In this document: positions 9,266 through 19,790 of the stretch, piece by piece
Position numbering within the stretch: the stretch's first letter is position 1
How the letters are laid out: each line of letters begins with the position of its first letter
NCBI GenBank assembly: GCA_004212155.1
Contig: RXIG01000024.1
Span: forward strand, 25,133 to 89,132
From: an archaeon
Lineage (GTDB): Archaea; Methanobacteriota_B; Thermococci; Methanofastidiosales; NM3
Length of the DNA: 64,000 nucleotides
Reading direction: 5' to 3'
Notes under the pieces: generated by a model
Databases searched by the model: none
What the model was told of the DNA's origin: nothing
The model's input: the letters and a program-made list of their open reading frames with translations, nothing else
Translations under genes and position numbers: made by a program

Positions 9266-10192
9266 ATGGAACCAGCGATCAAGCTCAACAATCTGACGAA
9301 GCGCTACACCTTCAAGATTCTCGCGCTCAAGGGCATATCCCTCGAGATCGACCAGGGTGAATGCGTCGGGTTTCTGGGGCCAAACGGTGCCGGCAAGAGC
9401 ACAACGATCAAAATCCTTACCGGACTCATACGCCCCACGGATGGTACCGCGTTCCTTAACGGTCATGACATCAGGAAGAACAAGAAGGAGGCACTGCGAA
9501 GCGTAGGGTGCGTCGTCGAGACGCCCGACTTCTACCCATACCTCACGCCGATCGACACGCTCAACTACCTGGGCAATCTCAGGGGCGTCGACGGTCTTGA
9601 TGGCAGGATAGAAGAGGTCCTCGACCTTGTCAACCTCCAGGACTGGGCCGACACGCGCGTCGGTTCGTTCTCGAAGGGCATGAAGCAGCGCCTCGGACTG
9701 GCGCAGGCGCTCCTGCACGACCCGCAGTTGCTCATCCTCGATGAACCTTCCTCTGGTCTCGACCCGAAGGGAATGGCGGAGATACGCCAGCTCATCAACA
9801 AGCTCAAGCACGAGAAGACGATCTTTCTCTCATCGCACCTGCTATCCGAGGTACAGCAGATAGCGGATAAGGTCGCACTCATCAACAAGGGTGAGATCCT
9901 CGCCTACGACACGATGCGCGGGCTCTCAAGCAAGCTCTCAAGCGTCCAAGAAGCGACCATCGAGACGCTCTCCCCCCTCACGGAGGAACAGCTGGAGACG
10001 GTGAGGTCACACCCCATCGTCAAGGACATCAAGCTCACCGATGTGAAGCACTACCTCCTCATCTTCCAGGGGGAGACGGAGGAATGCAGGATGGACCTCA
10101 TGCGCGAGCTCATCGAACGCGGCATACCGCTCACGGCGTTCACGCCCAAGGGGCTTGGACTCGAGGACATCTACATGGAGATGATACAATGA
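9266..10192 (+). CDS. ABC-2 type transporter ATP-binding protein
   Basis: GPNGAGKST, FSKGMKQR, LILDEP and SSH motifs. Confidence 0.92.
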   Translation: MEPAIKLNNLTKRYTFKILALKGISLEIDQGECVGFLGPNGAGKSTTIKILTGLIRPTDGTAFLNGHDIRKNKKEALRSVGCVVETPDFYPYLTPIDTLNYLGNLRGVDGLDGRIEEVLDLVNLQDWADTRVGSFSKGMKQRLGLAQALLHDPQLLILDEPSSGLDPKGMAEIRQLINKLKHEKTIFLSSHLLSEVQQIADKVALINKGEILAYDTMRGLSSKLSSVQEATIETLSPLTEEQLETVRSHPIVKDIKLTDVKHYLLIFQGETEECRMDLMRELIERGIPLTAFTPKGLGLEDIYMEMIQ

Positions 10193-10989
10193 GCACGGTC
10201 TCTGACCTCTCACAATTGATGACGATCATGCGCTACGAGATGCTCAAGTTCCTGCGCGGAAAGAAGCTCTACATCATGCTCGGCCTCATTGCCGTCATCG
10301 CAGTGGCAATCATGATCATCCCGCCCGCGCTTGGCGAGGCCTACCCCAATGCGGATGAGTTCATACAGTTCTTCGCACAGTTCGCAAACATCCTCGTCAT
10401 ACTCATCGTGACGCTCTTCGGGGCAGACTCGATCGTCTACGACTTCGAGAAGGGAACGGCGTTCGTGCTCTACCCGAATCCGGTGCGAAGGCGCACGATC
10501 TTCGTCGGCAAGTTCCTCTCGGCGTTTTTGGTCTCGGCAGGGGTGCTCGCAGCCTACTATATGCTTGCAGCGGTACTTGACTTCGGCATCAATCAGGCGG
10601 TGCCGCTCGAAACGGTCTGGTCGCTGCTTCTGGCGATAGGCTACATGTTCACGCTCATGTCGGTGACGTTTCTCATCTCGACGACGATGAAGTCGACACT
10701 TGCCGCCAGCGTCATCGTGTTCGCGCTCTTCTTCCTCGTCTTTTCGATGGTGGAAGGGGTGCTGACGGTCGTGGGGCAGGAACCATTCTTTGTCATCACG
10801 TCTATGAGCACGGTGATACAGGACATCATGGTCACCCCGTTCCCTGAAACGGTAAAGCAGGACTTCGGCGCGTTCCAGGTGCTCATATACCATCCGACGG
10901 TGCGAACGGCGCTTCTGGTGTTTGCAGGCTATGCGATACCGTCGCTTGCCCTTGCCTACAACAGATTCCTGAAAAAAGAGCTCCAGTGA
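10189..10989 (+). CDS. ABC-2 type transporter permease
   Basis: Six hydrophobic segments with EKGT...PVRR...GKF motif; ATGA overlap with the ATPase gene. Confidence 0.85.
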   Translation: MSTVSDLSQLMTIMRYEMLKFLRGKKLYIMLGLIAVIAVAIMIIPPALGEAYPNADEFIQFFAQFANILVILIVTLFGADSIVYDFEKGTAFVLYPNPVRRRTIFVGKFLSAFLVSAGVLAAYYMLAAVLDFGINQAVPLETVWSLLLAIGYMFTLMSVTFLISTTMKSTLAASVIVFALFFLVFSMVEGVLTVVGQEPFFVITSMSTVIQDIMVTPFPETVKQDFGAFQVLIYHPTVRTALLVFAGYAIPSLALAYNRFLKKELQ

Positions 10990-10991
10990 GC

Positions 10992-11471
10992 TCATCTCTT
11001 CTTTCTTATCCTTTTTTTCATGCGAACGAACTCATGTTCATCCCCATTCGTTTTCTGCATGAAGGTCCTTTCGATCTCAAACCCTGCCGACAGGTAGGTG
11101 CGTATGGCACGCTTGTTAAACGATGCCACGCTCAGGCATATATGGTCACCCTTGTAGCAAAAATGCTGGAGGCCAAACGCGATGCCCGAGCGTACGAACA
11201 TCTCACCCTCTCCACGCCCCGTCATCCATGGGGCAAGGCCGAGGCCGACCTCCATGCATCCGGGAGTAAAGCCATACGTGAAGAATCCCACGAGCCGCCA
11301 ACCATGGTCGAGAACGGCAAATGTGCGGTCCCATGTCTCGGGGTTAAAAAACTCCCGAAGGTCGTCCTCATCGGCGGTGAGGTCGTAGAAGGAGTATGGC
11401 TCCTCATACGTCCATTCGTATGCGATCTCCTTTGCGTATCGCTCATTCATCGGATAAAAGAAGAAGGCCAT
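10992..11471 (-). CDS. GNAT (RimJ/RimL-like) acetyltransferase
   Basis: WTYEEPYSFYD, GLGLAPWMTGRGEG and FNKRAIRTY...GF motifs. Confidence 0.8.
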   Translation of the reverse strand: MAFFFYPMNERYAKEIAYEWTYEEPYSFYDLTADEDDLREFFNPETWDRTFAVLDHGWRLVGFFTYGFTPGCMEVGLGLAPWMTGRGEGEMFVRSGIAFGLQHFCYKGDHICLSVASFNKRAIRTYLSAGFEIERTFMQKTNGDEHEFVRMKKRIRKKR

Positions 11472-11607
11472 AGGCTCACCGACCGCAAACAACTATGGCA
11501 AGAGAGAATAAATAATTGATGACAAGACCCCCTTTTCAGAAAAGAGGTCGATGGCAAAATCGGCCAAAGGGGGTCGCGCCCCGCCCCCGGCCAGGTTCAA
11601 AAGAATG

Positions 11608-11781
11608 TCACTTGCGGATCATGCGCGCTCCGCATTTAGGGCACGTCATCTCGCTACATGGTTTTCGTAGTGTATGGGGTTCCTCGTGGCCACACTCCGG
11701 ACACTGGCACGAGTCGGGTGGTCCGCGACCGCGGCCGGGCCGGCGAACGCCTGGTGGTGGGCCGACGCCTCCTTGTTGCAT
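11608..11781 (-). CDS. Small Cys-rich metal-binding protein (57 aa, below ORF-track cutoff)
   Basis: MQQGGVGPPPGVRRPGRGRGPPDSCQCPECGHEEPHTLRKPCSEMTCPKCGARMIRK; strong GAGGTGA RBS upstream. Confidence 0.75.
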   Translation of the reverse strand: MQQGGVGPPPGVRRPGRGRGPPDSCQCPECGHEEPHTLRKPCSEMTCPKCGARMIRK

Positions 11782-11844
11782 GTTCTATCACCTCACGGAT
11801 AATATGATTCCCCTCGTTGAAAAATTCTTTCCCGTTCCTCCTTT

Positions 11845-12468
11845 CTAGAAGAAAAGCGTGTACGAGAGCGCCATGACCAGTCCCGACACGATGGGAACGA
11901 AGAAGTTGTCATCGATGAAGATGCGCTGATAGATGCTCGTGCCCCGGTGGAGCTCGAAGGGTATCATCTCGACGATGGCACCAACGATGGCGCCGATCGC
12001 GGCGAGCATGGCAACATCACGCAGCGTATCCAACGGCGCCGTGAAGTGCATGGCAAAGATGAGGGCAGCGAACGCGAAGATGAAAAACGCGATTGACCCC
12101 TCGACCGTCTTGTTGTCGTCAACGGGATTTCTCGTCCTTCCCCATCGCTTGCCGACGATGGTGGCAAAGCCGTCTCCAAACGCCATCACGCCAATGGACG
12201 CGGCGGATATGAAGAGGGGATAAAAGACCACGCAGACACCGATGGCGCAGATATAGATAAGGGGGCCGATAAGGTACCCATAGACATAGTCCTCCTCCCT
12301 TGCCATGGCGACAAACGATGCTCGCCATGCATGTAATCGAAAGACGAAGAGCGCAAGGAAGAGCATGATGGCAACGACAAGCAGGGCCGGTATGCGCGTG
12401 AGCACGAGGGGATAGAACATCCATAGACCCATTCCGATGTGTACCGTCTTGCGCCTGAGCTCCTCCAC
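11845..12468 (-). CDS. Polyprenol/dolichol/phytol kinase family membrane protein
   Basis: RKTVH, FGDGFATIVGKRWG, KTVEGS and DDN motifs; GTG start after GGTGAGG RBS. Confidence 0.8.
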   Translation of the reverse strand: MEELRRKTVHIGMGLWMFYPLVLTRIPALLVVAIMLFLALFVFRLHAWRASFVAMAREEDYVYGYLIGPLIYICAIGVCVVFYPLFISAASIGVMAFGDGFATIVGKRWGRTRNPVDDNKTVEGSIAFFIFAFAALIFAMHFTAPLDTLRDVAMLAAIGAIVGAIVEMIPFELHRGTSIYQRIFIDDNFFVPIVSGLVMALSYTLFF

Positions 12469-12493
12469 GTCCTCACCTTTAAAATGCGAGAGG

Positions 12494-12787
12494 CTAGATT
12501 GCCTCGTACTCCTCTTCATCGAAATCGTCATAGAGAACGTCGATGAGTTCCTCGAGCTCCTCGAGCTCGACAACGCCTTCCACCTTGGTAATGACTGCAT
12601 CGCCCACCTCGAAGACGAGCGTGGGGATGTTGATTATCTCATACTTCCTGGCCTTGTTGTCCTGGTAGTCGACGTTGACGAGCTCGAACGTCACATCGTC
12701 AAACTCCATGGAGAGCTGATCGAGGATTTGATTCTGAATCTCGCAGTCCTGGCACCAATCGGCGTAGAAATGGATAATCTTAATCAT
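12494..12787 (-). CDS. Thioredoxin family protein
   Basis: FYADWCQDC active-site motif and IPT cis-Pro. Confidence 0.8.
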   Translation of the reverse strand: MIKIIHFYADWCQDCEIQNQILDQLSMEFDDVTFELVNVDYQDNKARKYEIINIPTLVFEVGDAVITKVEGVVELEELEELIDVLYDDFDEEEYEAI

Positions 12788-13149
12788 GCAAAAAGGAGTA
12801 CTTGGGTGTTTCTTTTAAGCTTTGTGGTTTTCAACGCGAGGGGTAATTGTTTTTCAACCCTCATGAATCATTCGCCGATGAAATTAATAGGAAATGAGGA
12901 AAAAGCCGAATAAAAAAATAGTAAATTAATAATCTCAAAAATCGTACAAATCAATGGACAAAATTAAAGGATTTTAAAAGCACTATGATGGCGCATGAAA
13001 CAGCTGCCTCCTGACGACCCAAAGAAGAGCGATCGCCATCAGAGGGGCATGTGCCACGCAGGCAATTCCTCTTGTTATGATCCCATGGTGCGGTCTGATG
13101 GCATCCAGGTGACGGACCCCTCACTGACAACCCATGGCACAGCTGCAAG

Positions 13150-14328
13150 CTAATCGATCAGGTACTCTTCCTGTATCCGGGAGATGAGCGTGCAGATGAT
13201 CATCGCGACGCCTATGATGATAAGCGTTCGTGGAAGTGACCATTCCACGAGAACCCCCACGACAGGATAGATGACGGCCTGCACGATACTATTGAGCATC
13301 GATATGGTGGATATTACCGTTGCCCGATTGTGTGACTCGATATGTTTGTTGAAATAACTCTGGAAGAGCACATACCTTGTAAGACCGAAGGCACAAATGA
13401 TGAGAAGCAGGCTTATGACACCTGGCACCCAAGCAATGACCCCTAGCGCTACGAATCCTATGCCAGGTATTATCGAGCTGACTGCGAGATATCTTCGTTT
13501 GGAGCCGACAAGGCGCTCCAAGCGTTCTAAGTTGTTCATGACAAGTATTTGCGCCCCTGTCATTGCGGCATTTATGAATCCAAAGAAGATGATTGCTACA
13601 CCAAGGGACTGCAGGAGCGGTTGGTAGGTCCAAATGATGAAGAATGAAAGAGAGCCTATAGATACCGCATCGAACGCAAGGATCTGGAGAATCCGATGGT
13701 GCCTGAAATATTGGATCCCATCCTTTACCATGGAAAAATAGTTGCTACTCTGATCCTTGCGATGAATGGGTGGCTCGTCGAGGGTGAGCGTGATGAGAAA
13801 CGCGATGAAGAAGGGGATAGACATGGCCAGCATCGCAAATCGAAGCCCCAGAACCGAGGCGATGATGCTGCCTATCGGACTGCTGACCATGATAGCAGCC
13901 AACTCAACACTCCCGAATCGCCCGAAGATGAATTTTGAACGATGTTCCTCCCCCATTTCTCTGAGGGTGTCGTAAACGAACGCCTCGGCAGCGCCAGAAA
14001 GCAGAGCCCCGCCCAACGCCCATAGGAACTCGCCAATGGCAAAGACAAAGATCGAGGGATACGATGCGTAGACGGCAGTTGCTGCAGAGAGCGAGAGGGC
14101 TCCGAACAGGAGCGACGTCTTTCTGCCGAACGAATCCGCTATTGCACCGGTAGGCACCTCGAGGATGAAGATCGATATGACAAAAAACGACTGAAGAAGC
14201 ATGATCTGGCTGTAGCGTATGCCACCCCAGTCGAGGAAGAACGGGACGAGCACCCCGCCTATGAAATGGAGGCTGAGGAAGAATCGCAATGCGTACATCT
14301 TCCGAATGTTGGCACTATACGCTGACAC
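13150..14328 (-). CDS. MFS transporter
   Basis: About 12 TM segments; EVPTGAIADSFGRK motif A; RATVIS. Confidence 0.85.
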   Translation of the reverse strand: MSAYSANIRKMYALRFFLSLHFIGGVLVPFFLDWGGIRYSQIMLLQSFFVISIFILEVPTGAIADSFGRKTSLLFGALSLSAATAVYASYPSIFVFAIGEFLWALGGALLSGAAEAFVYDTLREMGEEHRSKFIFGRFGSVELAAIMVSSPIGSIIASVLGLRFAMLAMSIPFFIAFLITLTLDEPPIHRKDQSSNYFSMVKDGIQYFRHHRILQILAFDAVSIGSLSFFIIWTYQPLLQSLGVAIIFFGFINAAMTGAQILVMNNLERLERLVGSKRRYLAVSSIIPGIGFVALGVIAWVPGVISLLLIICAFGLTRYVLFQSYFNKHIESHNRATVISTISMLNSIVQAVIYPVVGVLVEWSLPRTLIIIGVAMIICTLISRIQEEYLID

Positions 14329-14465
14329 GGTGATGTGGAGTAAAAATAGAAAATAAATAATTATTGACGAGGGGGCCGCTCATCAAGGAAAAACTATGAT
14401 TCCCATGCTGATCACACTATCAAAAATATAGCTTCATTACATCTTGAAGTTTATATTAGAATGAA

Positions 14466-15626
14466 TCAAGGCTCCTTGGACAATGCGGGGATGGGGGCTC
14501 CCCTCGCTTCATTGGTGCATACACCGTTTGTGAAGAATCTTTTGCCACGCACCCATGTCTCGACGACGCGTGCCTCGACCTCCATGCCAGAAAAGGGCGA
14601 GTGCTTCGCCTTAGAATGGAATGTCGTCGGGTCAATAGCATAGGTCTCGCTCGTATCGACGATTGAGAAGTCCGCTCGTCCGCCGATGCCGAATCCGAAT
14701 TCGAAGCCGTGCGAACGCAATATGCGCTTTGGATTCTCATGCATTACAGCGTAGAATTGCTTGAACGAGATCTCGCCACGCACGAGCGCAGTCACCATCA
14801 AAGGAAGCATGGTCTCGACCCCGGAGATGCCAAAGGCGCCGTGTTCCTTCTCCTCGAGCGTATGGGGCGCATGGTCGCTTGCGACGATGTCGATTGTCGT
14901 GCCAAGCGCTGCCCAGAGAGCATCCCTGTCGTTGACGTTGCCAAGCGGCGGCTTGACGGTATAACCCCCAGAGAGGAAAAGATGGTGGGGCGTTGCCTCG
15001 CACGTGATGCGCTCATCCTTGTGGCGGGCGATGAGCTCGACCTCCTCCCTGCGGGAAACGTGGCATATGTGGAGTGGCGTCTCGTAGCGCTTCGAGTACT
15101 TGATCGCCTCCCGCATGCCCTCAATGTCGGCATGGATGGCAACGGGTTTTCTCAACATGAAGACGTTCTCAAGCAGCCCCTTCTCGAGAACGTATGAACC
15201 AGTGGTCTCTCCAAGGAAGACCTTGATGAAGAACGGGTCGACACTAGCCGCCTGGCTGAGCGAATATTTGTCGTCGACACAGAAGTTCAGGACAAAATCG
15301 CATGCCGCATCATGGGACATGAGCTCCAGCCGGCGCTCGTACGTCTCACGATCCGCCACCGGGGGCACGGTGTTTGGCATGTCGGCCACGGCGCAGATGC
15401 CCCCTGCAAGCGCCGCGCGCGTCCCTGAGGAAACGGTCTCCTTCTGGAGCTGCTCGAAGTCGCGCAGATGGACGTGCAGGTCGACAGGCGACGGAATGAG
15501 CAGCCGCGTCGGTGATGCGTGGGCCCCGTCCGTATAGGTGATCGAGTCAATGCGCTCCCCCTCGAACCCGATGGTGACGGGAAAGAGCCCGCGGCCTGTG
15601 GCAATATTTATATTGAACTGGGGCAT
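14466..15626 (-). CDS. pyrC: Dihydroorotase
   Basis: DLHVHLR, DMPNT, CEATPHHL and ASDHAPH; divergent from pyrBI. Confidence 0.85.
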   Translation of the reverse strand: MPQFNINIATGRGLFPVTIGFEGERIDSITYTDGAHASPTRLLIPSPVDLHVHLRDFEQLQKETVSSGTRAALAGGICAVADMPNTVPPVADRETYERRLELMSHDAACDFVLNFCVDDKYSLSQAASVDPFFIKVFLGETTGSYVLEKGLLENVFMLRKPVAIHADIEGMREAIKYSKRYETPLHICHVSRREEVELIARHKDERITCEATPHHLFLSGGYTVKPPLGNVNDRDALWAALGTTIDIVASDHAPHTLEEKEHGAFGISGVETMLPLMVTALVRGEISFKQFYAVMHENPKRILRSHGFEFGFGIGGRADFSIVDTSETYAIDPTTFHSKAKHSPFSGMEVEARVVETWVRGKRFFTNGVCTNEARGAPIPALSKEP

Positions 15627-15672
15627 ATGACCACTATAGGCAGCCATCTATAAAAGGTCGTTGCCTAGGTGA

Positions 15673-17041
<1,369 letters not shown>

Positions 17042-17045
<4 letters not shown>

Positions 17046-17902
17046 TACGCAAAAGTGTAGCAGCAGGGGGATTCTACCCCTATGACCCCACGCTTCTGAA
17101 GCGTGAACTGACATCGTTTTTCGAAATTAACGGTTCGCAGGACATAAGCGTCAATCGAAGCGACGACATCGTGTGCGGTGTCTGCCCACATGCGGGATAC
17201 ACCTATTCGGGCAAGACCGCTTCGATGTTCTATAAGGAGCTTGCCGATGCGATGCCGAACAGATTCATCCTCGTCGGTCCCAACCACTACGGCCTCGGGC
17301 CAAGGGTCGCGGTGATGGATGAGGGATCATGGGAGACGCCGCTTGGCCAGATGCCGGTCGACACCGAACTCGCCTCGGCCATCCTTGACGAATCGGACTA
17401 CCTCTCGCCGGACGAACACGCACACCGACAAGAACACTCCATCGAGGTGCAGCTCCCGTTCCTCCAGTATCTGCGAGACGATATCTCGTTCGTCCCCATC
17501 TCGATGAACACGCAGGATCTTGACTCGGCAATAGAGGTTGCCCAGGCGATAAAGAACAGCGTTGAGGGTAACGTTGGCGTCATAGCCTCAAGCGACCTGG
17601 TCCACTATGGCGCATCGTTTGGATACAAGCCCGTTCGCGGAAGCGACAGCGAGATAATCGAATGGATCGAGCGAAACGACCGGCAGGTACTCACCATGAT
17701 CGTCGAAAAGGACGTCGACGGGCTCTACGACTTCATATCAGGCCTCAACTACACGATGTGCGGGTACGGACCTTCGGCCGTTACGATGATCCTGGCCTCA
17801 AACTTCGGTCTCGACGGCACGGTGCTCGACTATACGAACTCGTACACACACTCGAAAAACACCGATCTCGTTGTCGGTTACGGCTCTGTGATCTTCAGGT
17901 GA
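17042..17902 (+). CDS. MEMO1 family (AmmeMemoRadiSam protein B-like)
   Basis: PHAGYTYSG, GPNH, EHSIEVQLPFLQ, SSDLVHYG and MCGYGP. Confidence 0.9.
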
Positions 17903-18110
17903 CGCCCCTCCCCAAGGAAGATTCCGTGTGCGATTCGCTTGATGGGAAAATCTTTTCAAAACTATTTTAATTTTCTAATTTTTTTTCATTCTTTCATAAC
18001 GATAAAATAAATTTTTGAACGATAAAAAAAAGAATAATATACTCCTAAAATCACGAAATAAAAAGATTTATATGTGTTATTTGCACATCACTTGTAAGGG
18101 GGGTGGTAGC

Positions 18111-19331
18111 GTGTCAACGACCACGTTCGAGATCAATCCGGCGACCCGTATAGAGGGTCACGCGAAGATCGTCCTTGAAACGAATGAAGAGGATATCATA
18201 GAAAACGCTTACTTCATGTCCACCAGCATGGTGCGTGGATTCGAATATCTCGTGAGAGGGAGGCACTATAACTTTGCAACATTGGTGACGCAGCGCATCT
18301 GCGGCATCTGCCCCATTCCGCATGGGCTTGCGTCAGCAGAGGCGATCGAGGATGCCATGGGCGTCACGCCTCCTCGAAACGCCATGTTGCTTCGCGAACT
18401 TCTCCTGCTGGCAAACAAGATACAAAGCCACGCTCTGCACCAATACCTCATCCTTCCCGACCTTCCGGCCGACGAAGCGGTGCGTGCGGAGATGACAGAA
18501 AGGATACAGGAGATACGAAGGCTCAGCCAGAAGATCGTCGATACGGTCGGAGGCGAGGCGATCCATCCCTCGAACATCGAGGTCGGCGGCATGCGGGCGC
18601 CGATCACCGCCTATGCGGCAGCCATGCTCTACCGGGTGCTTCGCAAGTGCGAACGGCTCGTGAAGATACAACGAGACGACATGATGGCGCTCCTCGAAAA
18701 GATGTCTGAGGAGTCAGAGCATCCCATGGGGCGGTATCGAGAGGCGATGCTTGCCACGGACATGACGTATGGCAACAGGGAACGATTCGACCTGTCAGCA
18801 ATCACCGAGATCACCCCGTACCGATTCTACCAGGAGCATGAACCCGGAAAGGAGACCCACATCATGATCCCACTCTACTACGGCGAGACCGTCGAGGTGG
18901 GCCCGCGTGCACGATTCTCCCACTTCAAGGGATTTCGTGGCGAGACGCCCATCGACATCAACATCGCCCGGGCGCGTGAGATGATGATCATGGTCTATCG
19001 TGCCGTGGAGATACTCGATGACCTGTCTCCCACTGCGCCGACAAGAGCAGACGTCGTCGTGAGGAAGGGCAGCGGCATCGGCGTCGTCGAGGCACCGCGC
19101 GGAACGAACGCACACATGGTCTCGGTCGATGACAGCGGCACTATCACCGCCTACAACATGATCGTCCCCACGACCTGGAACATGCCCACCGTTGAGAGGG
19201 CGCTTCGCGGCAATCACCATTCGCTTGCCGAGTTCATCGTCAGGTCCTACGACCCGTGCGTCGAATGCGCCACGCACTGCATCGAGGTGCGCGACCTTGA
19301 TGGCAACGTCACGGAAAGGAGGATGATGTAG
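18111..19331 (+). CDS. frhA: Coenzyme F420-reducing [NiFe] hydrogenase large subunit
   Basis: TRIEGHAK, L1 RICGICPIPH, GGEAIHP, VEVGPRAR, EAPRG and L2 DPCVECATH followed by a cleavable tail; frhADG(B) gene order. Confidence 0.85.
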   Translation: MSTTTFEINPATRIEGHAKIVLETNEEDIIENAYFMSTSMVRGFEYLVRGRHYNFATLVTQRICGICPIPHGLASAEAIEDAMGVTPPRNAMLLRELLLLANKIQSHALHQYLILPDLPADEAVRAEMTERIQEIRRLSQKIVDTVGGEAIHPSNIEVGGMRAPITAYAAAMLYRVLRKCERLVKIQRDDMMALLEKMSEESEHPMGRYREAMLATDMTYGNRERFDLSAITEITPYRFYQEHEPGKETHIMIPLYYGETVEVGPRARFSHFKGFRGETPIDINIARAREMMIMVYRAVEILDDLSPTAPTRADVVVRKGSGIGVVEAPRGTNAHMVSVDDSGTITAYNMIVPTTWNMPTVERALRGNHHSLAEFIVRSYDPCVECATHCIEVRDLDGNVTERRMM

Positions 19332-19790
19332 ATGGCAGCAACGGTCATCGTGGGCTGCGGCAATCTGCTACGGGGCGACGACGGATTCGGCTGCCTCGTG
19401 GCGCAGCGGCTCGCCTCCATGCTCTCTCCAAGGCGCGACATCGAGATCGTCGATGCGGGAAGTGCCGCCGGGCAGTATATCAATCTTCTCTCAAGCAAGG
19501 ACGACCCTCCATCGCTCATCGTGATCGACGCAGGCATGTTCGGTGCCCGGCGCGGCGAGCTCCGCCTCTTCACGCCAGATGAACTTGGTGCCGATGCGTG
19601 CGGACACTCGCTACACGGCTGGCCCCTTCAGACAGAGATTGCTCGCTATCCCGGCGCCGCAAAGGCCCTTCTCTGCCAGGTTGACGACGATGGAACGAAG
19701 GACATGAGCCTGGATGTGAGCTCCGATGTGCGCGACGCCGTGGCGCAAGCATGCACGATGGTGTGCCAGTTGACGGAGGTGCGCGCATGA
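19332..19790 (+). CDS. frhD: Hydrogenase maturation protease
   Basis: GCGNLLRGDDGFG, DAG and SLHGWPL motifs. Confidence 0.85.
   Translation: MAATVIVGCGNLLRGDDGFGCLVAQRLASMLSPRRDIEIVDAGSAAGQYINLLSSKDDPPSLIVIDAGMFGARRGELRLFTPDELGADACGHSLHGWPLQTEIARYPGAAKALLCQVDDDGTKDMSLDVSSDVRDAVAQACTMVCQLTEVRA

Noticed and set aside
12951-13148. 65-aa ORF or possible ncRNA downstream of the MFS gene
   Set aside because: No RBS, protein motif or recognisable RNA structure; left unannotated.
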